From: Cenococcum geophilum
Taxonomy: Eukaryota
NCBI GenBank assembly: GCA_050273025.1
Contig: CP158635.1
Coordinates: 6,200,001-6,264,000, forward strand
DNA: 64,000 nt
Direction: 5' to 3'
The notes beneath the pieces are model-generated. The model was not told the DNA's origin. It did no database searches and worked only from the letters and a program-made list of their open reading frames with translations. The position numbers and the translations under genes are program-made. Every line of letters begins with the position of its first letter. The first letter of the stretch is position 1. Below are positions 27,161-39,599 of this stretch, in pieces.

Positions 27161-28889
27161 GGTGAAGTTAAATAGAATAACTCTTAGCTTTTATCTACCG
27201 TACTTCTATAGTCTTGGTTTTTAGATTATAGTGGCAAATATTATAGGGTTTATAATTTTATAGAACGTAATTCATATTAGATTTTAAGGTCTTATCACCC
27301 GAACTTTATAACTATAATTTATCCTTTAACCCGTCAGCGCCCAATAAGTAAGTGGTCCGTATACGAACTTTAAAACAACGTATGCCTATATAGATTCTAT
27401 TAATTAATTACCTACTATATTGCAAAATACGGTTCTTTAAAAAAGATAAGTGCTAGCTACCTTATATTAAGCGACTTAACTCCTAAAATTAAGCGTATAT
27501 ATTAAATTACTATAAAATCAAAAGCTTTATATTCCTTAGCACGAGCGTTAAATTTAGCTCAATTAATTGGCTAGTTCTTATTAATAACCATTAGACGCGA
27601 ATTAATGGGTTAAGGGATAAGTGCGGTTTTGATATAAAATGCTCTTAATAAATCGCTATAAATGCTACAAACGCTACGATAGATACTACCCTAGCCTAAG
27701 TACTAGCGCAAAGAAGCGGATACTTAAACGGCTTTAGATATTAGAGTTTCCATCTCCAATCCTATTACTTTCCTACAATTTGTAATTCTAAAAACCTATA
27801 CATTCCAATAAAGATATTACCGTAAACATTACAACATATACCCACTACCTTGTATTAGAGGATTTCTTTAGAGGTTAGATGATTTACTTATTAAGAGGTA
27901 ATAATCTATCTAAGACAAGATAAGGAGAATTAAACTTACTATAGCTGGAAAAAAGCTAATAGTTGCACTAAGTATAATTATCCGCGATGCTTTATCCGAC
28001 TAGATTTGTTTTACTATAACCTAAGAAGATACATTACAGTCTAGACGCGTACGCCACTCCTACTTTATAACGAGTTGGGCTACAGTAAATAGAACCTATA
28101 CCGAGACGCTTCTTAAAGCTGTTAAGACGCGTACTAAAAGTCAGCTCAATATTAAGAATAATAGCACTATACCAGAAGGCTGGAGTAGGGAAGGGAATAA
28201 AATAGTAACAATAAGTACCTGGCGTACTAGGCGGGGGCTTTAGCGGTATTACTTATAGGAGTTCTATAGACTTATAACCTAGTTCCCTATTAGTAGATTC
28301 CTTTAATATAGTGGCCTTATAAATCTAAATAACTAATGTAAGTAATAATAGAGACTCTAGCAACTAAGTTATTAGCTATAATAAGTCTTAGGGTAGGTAG
28401 ACTTTCCGGAGCTTCTTATACTGCTAAATAAGAAGCCTAATAGCAAGTTTAGGAAAAACAAAAAGGAGGAGTACCTAAAGCAAAAGATGCTCCTAAAAGT
28501 GGCTTAGTTAGTAGTACTAATAGAGTATAATACGGAATAGTATAAAGCAATAAAAGAACTATATATAGAAATACGTAGCGTAGGCAAACTAATAATTATA
28601 CATTTTTATAACTAAAATAACTAAGAGCGGTAAAGGGAGAAGGTAACTATATCCTCGCCCTGGTCAACCTACCGCCCTTATATCTATACTGGCGATACCA
28701 GAACTTATAGGGAAGTGGCCTTAGATATCCCATTGCGACTTATAAAAGAACTAATATAATATTAGAAATGCTTTTCTAGGGGGTTATATACTATCTCCTA
28801 AGGTAAACAAAGTTAGTATAAGACTATAGATGTGTTGGGGCAGGCGGGACGGGCTAACTTTAGGGGGCTAGGGGAGGCGTTTTACGCGG

Positions 28890-28998
28890 TAACCACTAAA
28901 TCCTAGACGTAGCGCACCGCGACCACTAAATTATGGACGCCTCTATACTAGACTACTAAATTATAGACGCCTTTATACCGCGATTACTAAATTATAGA
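28890..28998 (+). repeat. ~30-bp tandem array (ACCACTAAATTATGGACGCC core), 4 copies
   Basis: Directly visible; inverted homologous array at 32949-33068. Confidence 0.85.
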
Positions 28999-29849
28999 AT
29001 ATGCTGAAAATTAGAGCAGCCACTTACGGCCAACGTGGCAATCACCGCCTCTTTTAACTAAGCATATTTGAATCCAAATCTATAGCTTTAACGTAGTTAT
29101 TATCCCTTAATTAAAGATCGAATAAGCTAGTAATTATAAATAAGGATTAAAATCTGTAAGCAAATATCAAAGTAATACTAAGTTATAACTAAATCCGGCG
29201 CCTAGGATAAAACTTTATAACATCCAAGAAATACCAATTAATACTAGTTAGAGATATGGTTAGATAGCTGCTATTAAGTAAGAAAGGTTATATAAAAACG
29301 AGCCGCCACCTTGCTCCTAAGCAGTCGAATCAGTATATAACGAGTCCCGCTTAACCTCCAATCCTTCTCACAAGTCGGGCGTAAGGCTTAGAGGCTAAGT
29401 TTTATTAATAGTTGCCTTATATATATAAGAGCTGTCCACCTCTTTAGGTACACTATTAGGCTAACTTACGTTTTAAGTGCATATATACGGAGTAGACGCA
29501 ATAATAGATTTAGTGCTTTTTAGTTATTAAGCCTCCGTTATACCGACACCCTAAATTAACTAGATATACTATAGAACTAAAATAAGGTCAGTAATATATA
29601 TATAACTAGATAATTATAGAATACTAAGCTAATTATTAGAAAATGCTATTCTAAAGGGTAATAAATGACTCTACCGCGAGTGTTTTTTAGTAGTTGGATA
29701 TAATGTGCTAGGTAGTTATATACCTAGTATATAGTGATAAGAACTAAGAGTATATTGCTAAATATATAGTATATAGGGAGCGCCTTATTATCAGACAAAT
29801 AAAAGCTTTATTAGGGTATAGGTTATTTCTTAATTAAATTTTGCTCTCG

Positions 29850-31800
29850 TTTACGTGTTTAGTTTTCCGGTTCTTTTAGCATTAGTAAGGTAACTAGCCC
29901 TAAATTTAAATCGCGTCATACAAAGGTTAAGATTTTTTCTGAGTTAAAGATATAAGTTCTCTTACCCTTAAAGTCTATAGACACTAGGAGGAGTAGTCGC
30001 TAGACCTATCCGACAAGAACTATACCCGTTTTATCTTATAGCTTCTATAAGATTAAGGCATTATGGTCCTTAAAGGCGCAACCAATACCATTCCAAAGTA
30101 GCCGCAAATTAATGATAATAAGGTTATGCCAGTTTTCTTTTCTTTAAGGAAAAAAAGCTCTACTTACTGATACCTTTAAAGTTTATAAATACCCTTATTA
30201 GTTCTGCTAGGGATAGTAGTTTCTAAGTCTTATACGTTAAAGAACACAATTTCCCTTAATATACCCCACTCTTGATTGGATAATCACTAAATTAGAAGCA
30301 GCTAGCTAATAACGACGATATTATCGCCATCAGTTGCTATTACCTTAAAGGAGACATTAATTAGAGATAGATTGTATAGTACGACCTAGCCCTTTAAAAG
30401 GAAGAGACTAATAATATATCTATTATTAAAGCATATAAAGGGGATATATAAGTAATCGCGCCTACCGATTGAGCTAGCTCTTATTAAAATTAGTGTTATT
30501 TAGAATGGGTAGCTAAGACGATTAAGTCCAACTCCTACTGTTAAAGAAGAAAAAGTAATAGTGGTTTATTATATGTGGAATAGGAATAAGCCCACTTAAT
30601 AAGTAGTAAGACGTAACTTATTTGCGTTATTTAAGATATATTTTATCTAATCTCTTTACTAAAAGTCCTAAAGCTATAACTACTAACCCTAGCCCACTCT
30701 AAATATAAGATTATTAAAGGGAACGTTAGCAGCGCAAGGTTCTATCCTAAATTCAAAAATCCCCTTACTATAACCCCCTAGTTTACCTGCCGAAAACTCT
30801 ATATACGGAGCTATATATCCGAAATCCCCTTTAGCACTATTTCTACTAAACCTAACCATAGCGGCACTTAGTAACCCTAACCTGAAGTCCCTTCTAGCTT
30901 TAGGTTTAATAGAAAAATTAGTCTATAAATTTATAGTAAATCTAAAACCCTCTTTAGTAGCGCTTAGTGCTATAGAGAACTTAAATACCCTTCTACCCCC
31001 TTATGCTTTAGGTTCAATCGCACGTAGCATAGTACTTAGTACTATAGTGAATTCAAAGTCTCCTCCCGTAAAAGACGTTGGGATAGGTATCTAAGTGCTG
31101 TCTTCAGCTTTTAAAGTCAAGGGGCCTATTTCAGCGCTTAGAGAAATAGATTCTCCTTAGCTACTGCTATTAAAGCCAAATTTTAGCGAGTCTATATAAG
31201 GCGTGTAAACAGTAAAGTCTTCCATTTATTTTATTTAATTGCTAGCCTCCGCCAATTACAAGTTTATATCTTATAAGCATTTCTAAAATAATATAATCTT
31301 ATAATATACTCTTCTTAATATATATTATAAATGGTGTGAACATTTAAGTCTGCGATAAAGCTTCTATACCATAAGCTTTCCGCTTATATTAAAGAAGACT
31401 AGCGGAAGAGTCAAATTAGTGGCTGTACAGCAGGCACGTATCCTAGTCGAGATAACGCTTTAGAATCTTATGCCTAAACCCCTCTATAGTTTTAATATGC
31501 TTATAATATAAATCTAGACGCTAGTAAATTCTATTGCAATCTTTAACAGAACAATCCCACCCTCCTTTTAACTTTAAGGGTCGAAAATATCTAGCTCCTA
31601 TATAATGCTTAAGGGCGAGAATACAACCGGTGACAGCCTTGGTGAAGGCGGCTTCGTCCACTTATATCATAGGCGATAGCCTAAACATCTCCTCTAAAAC
31701 ACTAACTCACATAGTAAGATCTTTATACAATATAAATAAACGGTATTATAGGTCGGCATCTTTTCTCTTTAATAGATATCGACGTTTAGCATGTCGGGGG
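29850..31800 (-). pseudogene. C2H2 zinc-finger-containing hypothetical gene relic
   Basis: ~31350-31560 reads WDCSVKDCNRIY*RLDLYYKHIK...TCLLYSH*FDSSASLL*YKRKAYG (two C2H2-like fingers after RIP reversal); ORF-like sequence continues downstream. Confidence 0.55.
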
Positions 31801-32948
31801 TAAGGTAGAGGTGTTTTAACGGATGCATTTATTATATATATTAGTTTCTTTGTAAATATTAGTATATATGCTGTTTGTAGCGTACGAAGAGCTACTTACT
31901 ATTATCTCTATTTAAAAGCTATTGGATATGTTTAATAGGCGGGCAATTGGTAGAACATTATAAGTATACATACTGAGGTTTACCTAGCCTATATCCAAGG
32001 TCTCACCGTCCAGGGGCTAAGGCTTAGTGCGTTAAGTTAGGCGGAATTTAGCAGCGCTAACCGCTTAATTCCGGCCATAACTAAGCCACAAGCCGGACAT
32101 ATACAATAACTAGACTTATCGCTAGGTTTAAAACACATTAAATGCTTTATTAGAGATAGTTTGGTTTCTCTACCCTAAATACTTATTTACAGTGCATCTA
32201 TAAAGAAGAGAGTTGTACACGCCCTTTGCCAGCAATGCGTAGCCCCCTTTATATTCGTTAAATAATTTCCTCCTTTACCTTTTTATATATATTTAAGTAA
32301 GCCTCTCGGTTTAATATATCTTTACAGTCACCTAGAAGAAATTCTTATATAAGCTTCTTAGGCCTCTATATAGACCTATAGAGGCATACCGCAGTTTTTA
32401 TTAAGCCTATATTTACTATAATAGAAAATTAGTTATATATTAATGGCTTAGGTGTTTACTTTTATATTACGATAACGTTTACCGGATATCTTTTCTATAT
32501 CTCCTGGTATTTCATACACTAAGCTCTTATGGTGTAGTGGAGATAAGTATACTTATAGTAAACCTGGGTATAATTATATATTACTAGTAGCAAATAAAAG
32601 GGAATAGATATTAAAGGATATTAAATAATAGCAATAAAATTAAGCATTTTATTTTTAAATAAAAAGGATTACTAATTAAAAAAACGTATGTCGCTTTAAG
32701 TATTAGAAAAGCAGGGTACCTAAAATCCCCGTTGCTACTAAAGAGTGCTAGAAACTAATAAAGTATTTATATAGGAGCTTATATTACATAACACTATATA
32801 GGGCCCTCTAGATAAATACTAGATAAGTATTAAGTATATCCCCTCTACTATCTTAAGCTACTGGGATCTATTACTAATACTGTTAAATCTAATACGCATG
32901 CTATAATTGGATTAGATCTTAATATGGGGCTCCTTATACTAGTGCTTA

Positions 32949-33068
32949 CAGTATAGAGCGTCCATAATTTGGTAGTCCCAGTACAAAAGTATCTATAATT
33001 TAGTGGTTATAATGCGAAGGCGTCCATAATTTAATAGTTGCGGTGCGAAGGCGTTTAGAATTCGGTAG
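32949..33068 (-). repeat. ~30-bp tandem array, inverted relative to 28890-28998
   Basis: GCGTCCATAATTT(G/A)GT core x4; preceded by TA-CAGT. Confidence 0.85.
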
Positions 33069-35583
33069 GCACTATAAGCCACCAAACCATTTAGGGTTCT
33101 GCTATAAATTAGACGAGAGCTAATCAAAAAGCTAATATTACTTTCTTTCCTCTTAATGTCATCCTGGATATAATTTAAGCTAAATCGCGGAAGATCCTTA
33201 AGGTTAGATAACCTAAGCCTTATTCTGCGACTCCCTACATTCTATAAGCCTTAAATATAATCGTTTAATAGGCTTAGTAGGAGCTAATTAGATTCATCCC
33301 TAAAGCTTATTACCTATTTAAGAAGATAAGCCGTCTTAAAACCGAAACAATTTAAGAGTATATATACTCCAAATAATAGCAACAAGTATAGCGCGTGTTC
33401 CCTACAAGCATTATAGGTAATTGATATAGCCCTTTTTCCTCGCTCGCTCCTTTTACCTACGTAATATTTTCTAAATATAAGACTCTCTAAAACTTCTAGA
33501 GGTTTAGCTTAGCAGTCTACTTCCTAATAGTCTGTCTTTTTAACTTTTTATATTCTACTCTTCTACTATCTAAAACGCGAAATAGTAGGACACCTTACGC
33601 TTTAAATAGAAACTAGGGTTCTATATTAGGAATACTTATATTATTATATTAATCGTCAATACGCCAGATCATTCTATATATAATATTAGTGTTAGCGCTA
33701 CGTCGATATATAGAAACTTTATATCCCACCTCCTCTTAGTAGTCCATATTTTTAATTTTATATCTTTCTGCATTTTAAACCTCTTTAATATTATATATAA
33801 ACTCAGCCATTTACTTTTAACTACTAACTGCCGTAATAGAATGGAAATAGGTAAGTAAAAGGATGCTCTACCCTATAGTTATTAGAGTTAACAGTCCACT
33901 TATAGAGGGGTAGCTACCAAATTAGAAAATTTATATATATAACTATAGTAATTATATAAGAAGTTTCGTTTGAGTGGGGCACTTAAACTAATACTAAAAA
34001 TCCCGTAAGTCTCTACTCCATTTAACCGTAGTATATATTCCTAACTCTTATAGACGCTAAAGAGCTGACCTACTATTACGACAAATACTCTAGAGCTTTC
34101 TTCTAAGGTGACCTCCTTAAGTTATATAAAAGGCGTTATGAAAAAAGGACTGTTGCCGGCTATAGTTAAGACTTACGAATTCTAGTACTAAGGAGAATAA
34201 AATCGTGCTTTTAATGCTCCTTAAAGAAACTTAAGTGTAATGGTAATAGCAATAAACCTTACCTAAAATGTTTACTGGTAGGTTTATAATATATTTATAA
34301 GTGGAGGCGTAACTAGGCGACTCTCCTAGAAAAATTAAAGGAGGCTAGAAAACTGGTAAAAAAGACGGATAGGAGAATAATAGGAAATAAAGAGGATAAA
34401 TTAATGCTAGGAGTTTAGTTCTACTCCCCGTCCTTAGGTTTATTTACTATCCTATTTTCCTTAAACTCCTCAGCAGCCTTATTTAAATAACAGCATTACC
34501 CAGAACTAAATTTTCTCCTTAAAAGCATTTCCTAGTACTAGATTTGCTTATATCTAGGGTTCTCTAAAAAAACTAAAACATCGCCATATAGGTGCGGCCA
34601 CGTAAGGGATAAGCACTATAGCAATATAGAGTATGGTTAAGCTCCTTTAGGTTTTATACCTCTGCAGATATATAATACTGCATTATATACTTCTTCCGTT
34701 ACTTCTTAGCATTGTTCTTTAGTACCCTTAACTAATTTTAGTACGTATAAGCCCTCTATAATATGCGTAAAATGTTAAATAAATATCTAACGTACTAGGA
34801 GAGTTCCCTCTACTAATAATAGAGGAAGGTGAATCATTTCCTATATGACATTTTGTTAATACTAATAATAGTAAAGTTATAAAATTCTAAGGTATCTTGA
34901 ATATGCTAAAGCATTATATAATTACTCTTTATACTAAATCTTATTAATTTAGGAAATGTATTTTTATCTACTAAGCTTTATATAGTAGTATATTCGCAAG
35001 GTTAGTTTTATTAATCTGCTTGCTTAGTTAGCAAGTTATTAGTAGGGAATATACTATCTCTAAGACTTACGGAGTAATTAACTAAGAATTAAGTCAGTGC
35101 CCCTTATCTAAAAAGTATACTTCGACCAGCTAATAACAAGAAGGTCGGCTAAGAAACCGCTCTTAAAGGCGCAGGAATAGTGTAATTAGTAGGCTAGTAC
35201 GCAGGAATATAATACTATTTAACTTTACTTAATATAGCTTAGAGGAGTATAGAGCCTTAACCTAAGTTATAGGAATACGTCCTCTAATTAAGCCTCTATT
35301 ATATGACCTAACTGCTTTTAGGCGCTGCGGCCGACCCCACTACTTACCCTTCCTAGAACTTTAGAAGTCACACTAGTCCTTAGTCAAGCAACTAACATTT
35401 AAAGCTCTAACTAACCAGCCAAATCCGTCGCAGATTAGACGAAGCTAATGACAACTTCTTAATGTATATATAGAGGCTCTAGAGCCACGTTTAATAAAGC
35501 AGAGTTCTCATTCTTAATCGTCCTATTTAATACCAAATCACTCCCTTAAATATTGCTTAAGGCGTAGTCAAAACCAGAGAAAC

Positions 35584-36583
35584 ATGCCATCTAAGAGTGC
35601 TCTGTTTAGCTTAGCGTAGCTTATAGATAGCGAGAAATATAGCGACTTAAAACTTATATACTAGGGGCTAGAGTTTAAAGTCTATAAAGCGATTATATAT
35701 ACCTAATCTCCTATACTTACAGCTGCCTATAATAAAGGCTTTTAGGTAAAAGCTAATTAAACGTCTAGTGGAATTAACCCTAACTAACTAACTAACGGGT
35801 AGGAGGCAGCGACTAATATTATAAATATTAATAAGTTTAATTCCGGTACCGTTAAGAGGATAATCTAATTTATGTATAAGAGGGACTATAAGAATAGTAA
35901 GGAGGAGCAAGGATCTAATATTAATGACGCCGATGCCTTATCGCTATCTAAACTAGATAATAGCGGTGGTGATAATAAAGACATAATAATATAGCCGACG
36001 ACGGCCTATATCACACTTCGTCACGTCTATATTAATGCAATTACCGATTACTACAATATACTACAGCTAAAAGAGCTTATAAATATAAAAATCTAACACA
36101 TTTTAGGAACCAGCTAGTCCGCAAATAGGTTTCCTAATATTATTAAGGATGTCTTTAACCTAATAGGTAACTTAGTATTATATAATATAATTACCTTAAT
36201 AACGGCTAAGCATATTAAAGAGCTTATTAAACTTAAGGACTTTATAAAGCTAGACGTTATAGGCGATTTCGCTATTAGTATTATATAGATAGCGATTACC
36301 GCATCTAAGGACATAGAGGAAAATTTTATACTAAAACTTTAAGCTATCCAATCTCAGCTATAACAAACAGAATCACTACTTTAATCCGCCAAGGTAAGGT
36401 ATGCCGCGGCTAAGCATAAAAGCGAAAACATTAATAACTATCTTAATACCCTCTGCACGACTAGGACCTATTGTAATATTAATTATAAAGCTGAGTTTAT
36501 ATATTACATTAAGGACAGCAGTTATCTATCCGACCCTAATCACCCTTATATACTTTGTTACAAAAGGTGCAAGCATTATATAT
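35584..36583 (+). pseudogene. BTB/POZ-domain protein relic
   Basis: MPSKSALFSLA*LIDSEKYSDLKLIY*GLEFKVYKAIIYT*SPIL...; VKRII*FMYKRDY; HVYINAITDYYNILQLKEL; intron at ~35746-35801. Confidence 0.88.
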
Positions 36584-36749
36584 AAGTAAAGATACATAGC
36601 TTAGGAGATTAGCTTAGGTAGGAAGTTATTATATAATACTTCTCTTCCTTTCTCCGTTTAGGTTGATCTAAGAAATTTAAATATATATCTCGTTTATAGT
36701 CAGTCCGTTAGATATTATACAACTATATTATCTATCTTTTATTAGCCTC

Positions 36750-36840
36750 CCCTTACCTTACCTCTCACCCTACCCTTTATCTTATCCTTTACCTCACCCT
36801 CACCCTTACCCTTACCCTTACTTATTACCCCTTACCCCCC
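36750..36840. repeat. hexamer microsatellite (ACCCTT/ACCCTC)n
   Basis: Directly visible between the convergent BTB and captain 3' ends. Confidence 0.75.
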
Positions 36841-37077
36841 TAAACGAATTATAAAATCCTAGTTATTATATCTATTCTACTAAATACTAGAATAGAATTA
36901 GATAATAATAAACTAAAATAAAATAAAAAGTAGTAAAGAATAATAAGATAAGCGTATAATGACTAGGAAAAGGTCCTATATATAAAAAAACGTATGGTTT
37001 TAAATTTACTAGTTATATACCTTTCTATACATACTAGAGGGTTAGCATAGGATTCTCATATAGGTAAGATAACTTAC

Positions 37078-39599
37078 CTAGCGGTGCCTCTTAATCGGAT
37101 ACCATACGCTATATATAAGGGCTGCGTGATTTTTAAAATGCTTAAGTCCTTTAATCTACTCTAAGTAATAAGGATGCTTATAGTAGAACCCTTACCTAAA
37201 TACTCCTTCTGTAACGTAATTATTAAGATACTTCTATAGTATATCCTTCTTTATAAATAGGCGGGTCTGCCTTAGCGTTAAGAGTTAGTTATTACCAATA
37301 TAGATAAGATAAATAAGATTAGTAAACGTTATAGGATACGGCAGCTGTATTATCTTAACACCCTCTTCCTTAATTAGGACCGCGCTCCGCGTCTTATCTA
37401 GGTTTTCTTAAAAAGGCGAGTCTAAGCTAATCTATTCTTTCTGCCGCTTTGCCTACTAATAGGTACTAGTATCGGCGTCACTTGCACCTCTTTTTACGCC
37501 TATTATACTTTAGTCTACTTTAGACCCAAGTTAAAATCCGATAGCCTTACTTAGAATCCCATTCTACCAACTCTCTTATTAATTATAATACTTAATAAGA
37601 TTACGGATAAACTTTATACGGAGTTTTATAGCGTGTCCTTCTTTAAGCTTATTTAGCGGCTAAAACAGTAGTTTAGCAATAGTAGTATATTCGCGAAATT
37701 CATACTATACAGCTGAATAGGTGGGAATTTCCGTCCTAACGCTACCACTAAGCTGTCTTTTAATATTGTAATCGTTAATAGCGTTGTGAAAATTAAGAAT
37801 AACCTAGTCCTCTTTTTATTTACGTAGGACGTTTGTAACACTATAAAGTTTATATCTAGCTTCGTTATAACGGTTATATAGTTTTATTCCCTTCGCGGTA
37901 TTAATAGGGTGATATCCCTAGCTCCTGATCTTTTGCTTATATCGCTCTTATTTCTCGCAAAGCTATAGAATATTAGGGCGTTAATTAAGTTCTAGCTAGA
38001 ATTTAAGCTTCTACTTATTAGTTAGACCTATAGGGGCCCGCTCGTCCCTTAAGATCCCTATCTATACGGTATATTAAATAAGGTCATCCTGTAATAAAGT
38101 CCCAAAGTAAATTAACTGGAAATCGCGCTTAATTAAATTAGGTAAATAAAACCGTTAGTAGGTATTACCGTAATAACCTATTGTCTGATTTCGCTCTTCT
38201 AGAGTAAGGGCGCCTAGAAAACTTAGTCAATATATACACTTATGTCAAATTAGATACTTACTATTTAATTTCCTTTTAGACGCTCGTTGTAGCTAGTAAA
38301 GTTTAAGCAATTTTTTAAACCCGGCCACTTGGCCTAACTATATATAGTAATCGCGGCATTTCTGGTAAGGGAATGCTTTAGTGTCCGACACTCCCCTATA
38401 ACTAGCCATCATCTTAATATCTCAAAAGATGGGTCGTTTCTTTATCTCCTTCTTGAACTTCACTTTAAGACTCTCTTTTTTCACTAGGATTTTAAATTTA
38501 AAAATCTCTTCCGGCGAAGTGTAACGGCGTTAAAATGCATTATCTATGATAGTAAGGCTTATAAGATAGAATAGGATATAAAAAGCTAGGATACTTTTAA
38601 GACGGAAAATAAACCTCTTACTATAGGTCTATTAGCACCATTCGCGCCATCTTTAATTAACGTCGCTATATACCGTCTACCTATGCCTCCAGAATTCTTA
38701 ATATATATAAGACTTATAAGGGCAACAGTTATAGTTTAATTAAAGTTTTTTACATTGCGAACTCTTAGGATTGTAATATATTTATATAAAAGCGCTTTAT
38801 TGGAGCCTCTTACGCTTAAACTTTTAATAAGAGCTTAGGGTCTTATTGCCGTGGCACTAGAGAGGAGGAGGATTACTCCTATCTATACTTGAAAACGACT
38901 ATAGTAAGGCTTCGCGTCTATTATTTAATGGGCATTAATAATTATATATAAGTCCTGCATATATATAGCATCCTTTTCTTTCTCTAATATGTCCAGCTTA
39001 TATATTAGCGTTAAGTAGGTTAGGATCCACTGTAACAAATTAGCTAGGATTTTTTTTTAAAAAATTAAAGATTACCTATATCTTATATATCAAGTTCTAT
39101 GCTATTATTCATACTATAGCCTACCATATCTATAAATTTGTATAGTATTCATCTCCAGTATAACTAGATCGTGCTTTCCTTCTTAATTTAAGAATTCTTT
39201 ACGCGCCATTTAAGGTATATTTTAAACGTGTCGGCTACACACTAACGAAGGGCCTTAGTTGGGTTAGACTTAACTTTTAGGCAGAACCTAAATACAAATT
39301 ATTAGTATTATAAGGTAAATTTTGGTTTAAATACAAACGAACTTTTCTTAATTCCGAAACTTACGCTTAATAAAAGAAGTAGACTAGGGCTTCCGTTTTA
39401 ACTTCGCCCTTCCTTAATCCTTATAATACGCAATCCTCTACTATAAATATTCCCCCTTAGAATCGGCGTCTTCCCTAGCTCTAGAGTTAGAGCTTAAATC
39501 TAAGTTTAAAGCTAGCTTAGAATAAAACAGCTTACCTAGTTCGGAGTCTAAGCTAAAGGCTAAATCTATATTTCGCCATTTCTTACTTTAAGAGGGCAT
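37078..39599 (-). pseudogene. Starship captain, DUF3435 tyrosine recombinase (RIP-inactivated)
   Basis: FKIYLKWRVKNS*IKKESTI*LYWR; LLLSSATAIRP*ALI (catalytic R region, ~38840); YIKNSGGIGR; LY*LQRAS (~38280); ERNQTIGYYGNTY*RFY; ERAPIGLT; C-terminal zinc-finger ending HFKNHAALIYSV; several introns. Confidence 0.9.

Noticed and set aside
28890..33068. ~30-bp repeats as a CRISPR array
   Set aside because: Units are adjacent tandem copies without unique spacers; eukaryotic context, no cas genes
36750..36840. Interstitial telomere repeat
   Set aside because: Units are CCCTTA/CCCTCA rather than CCCTAA, and irregular
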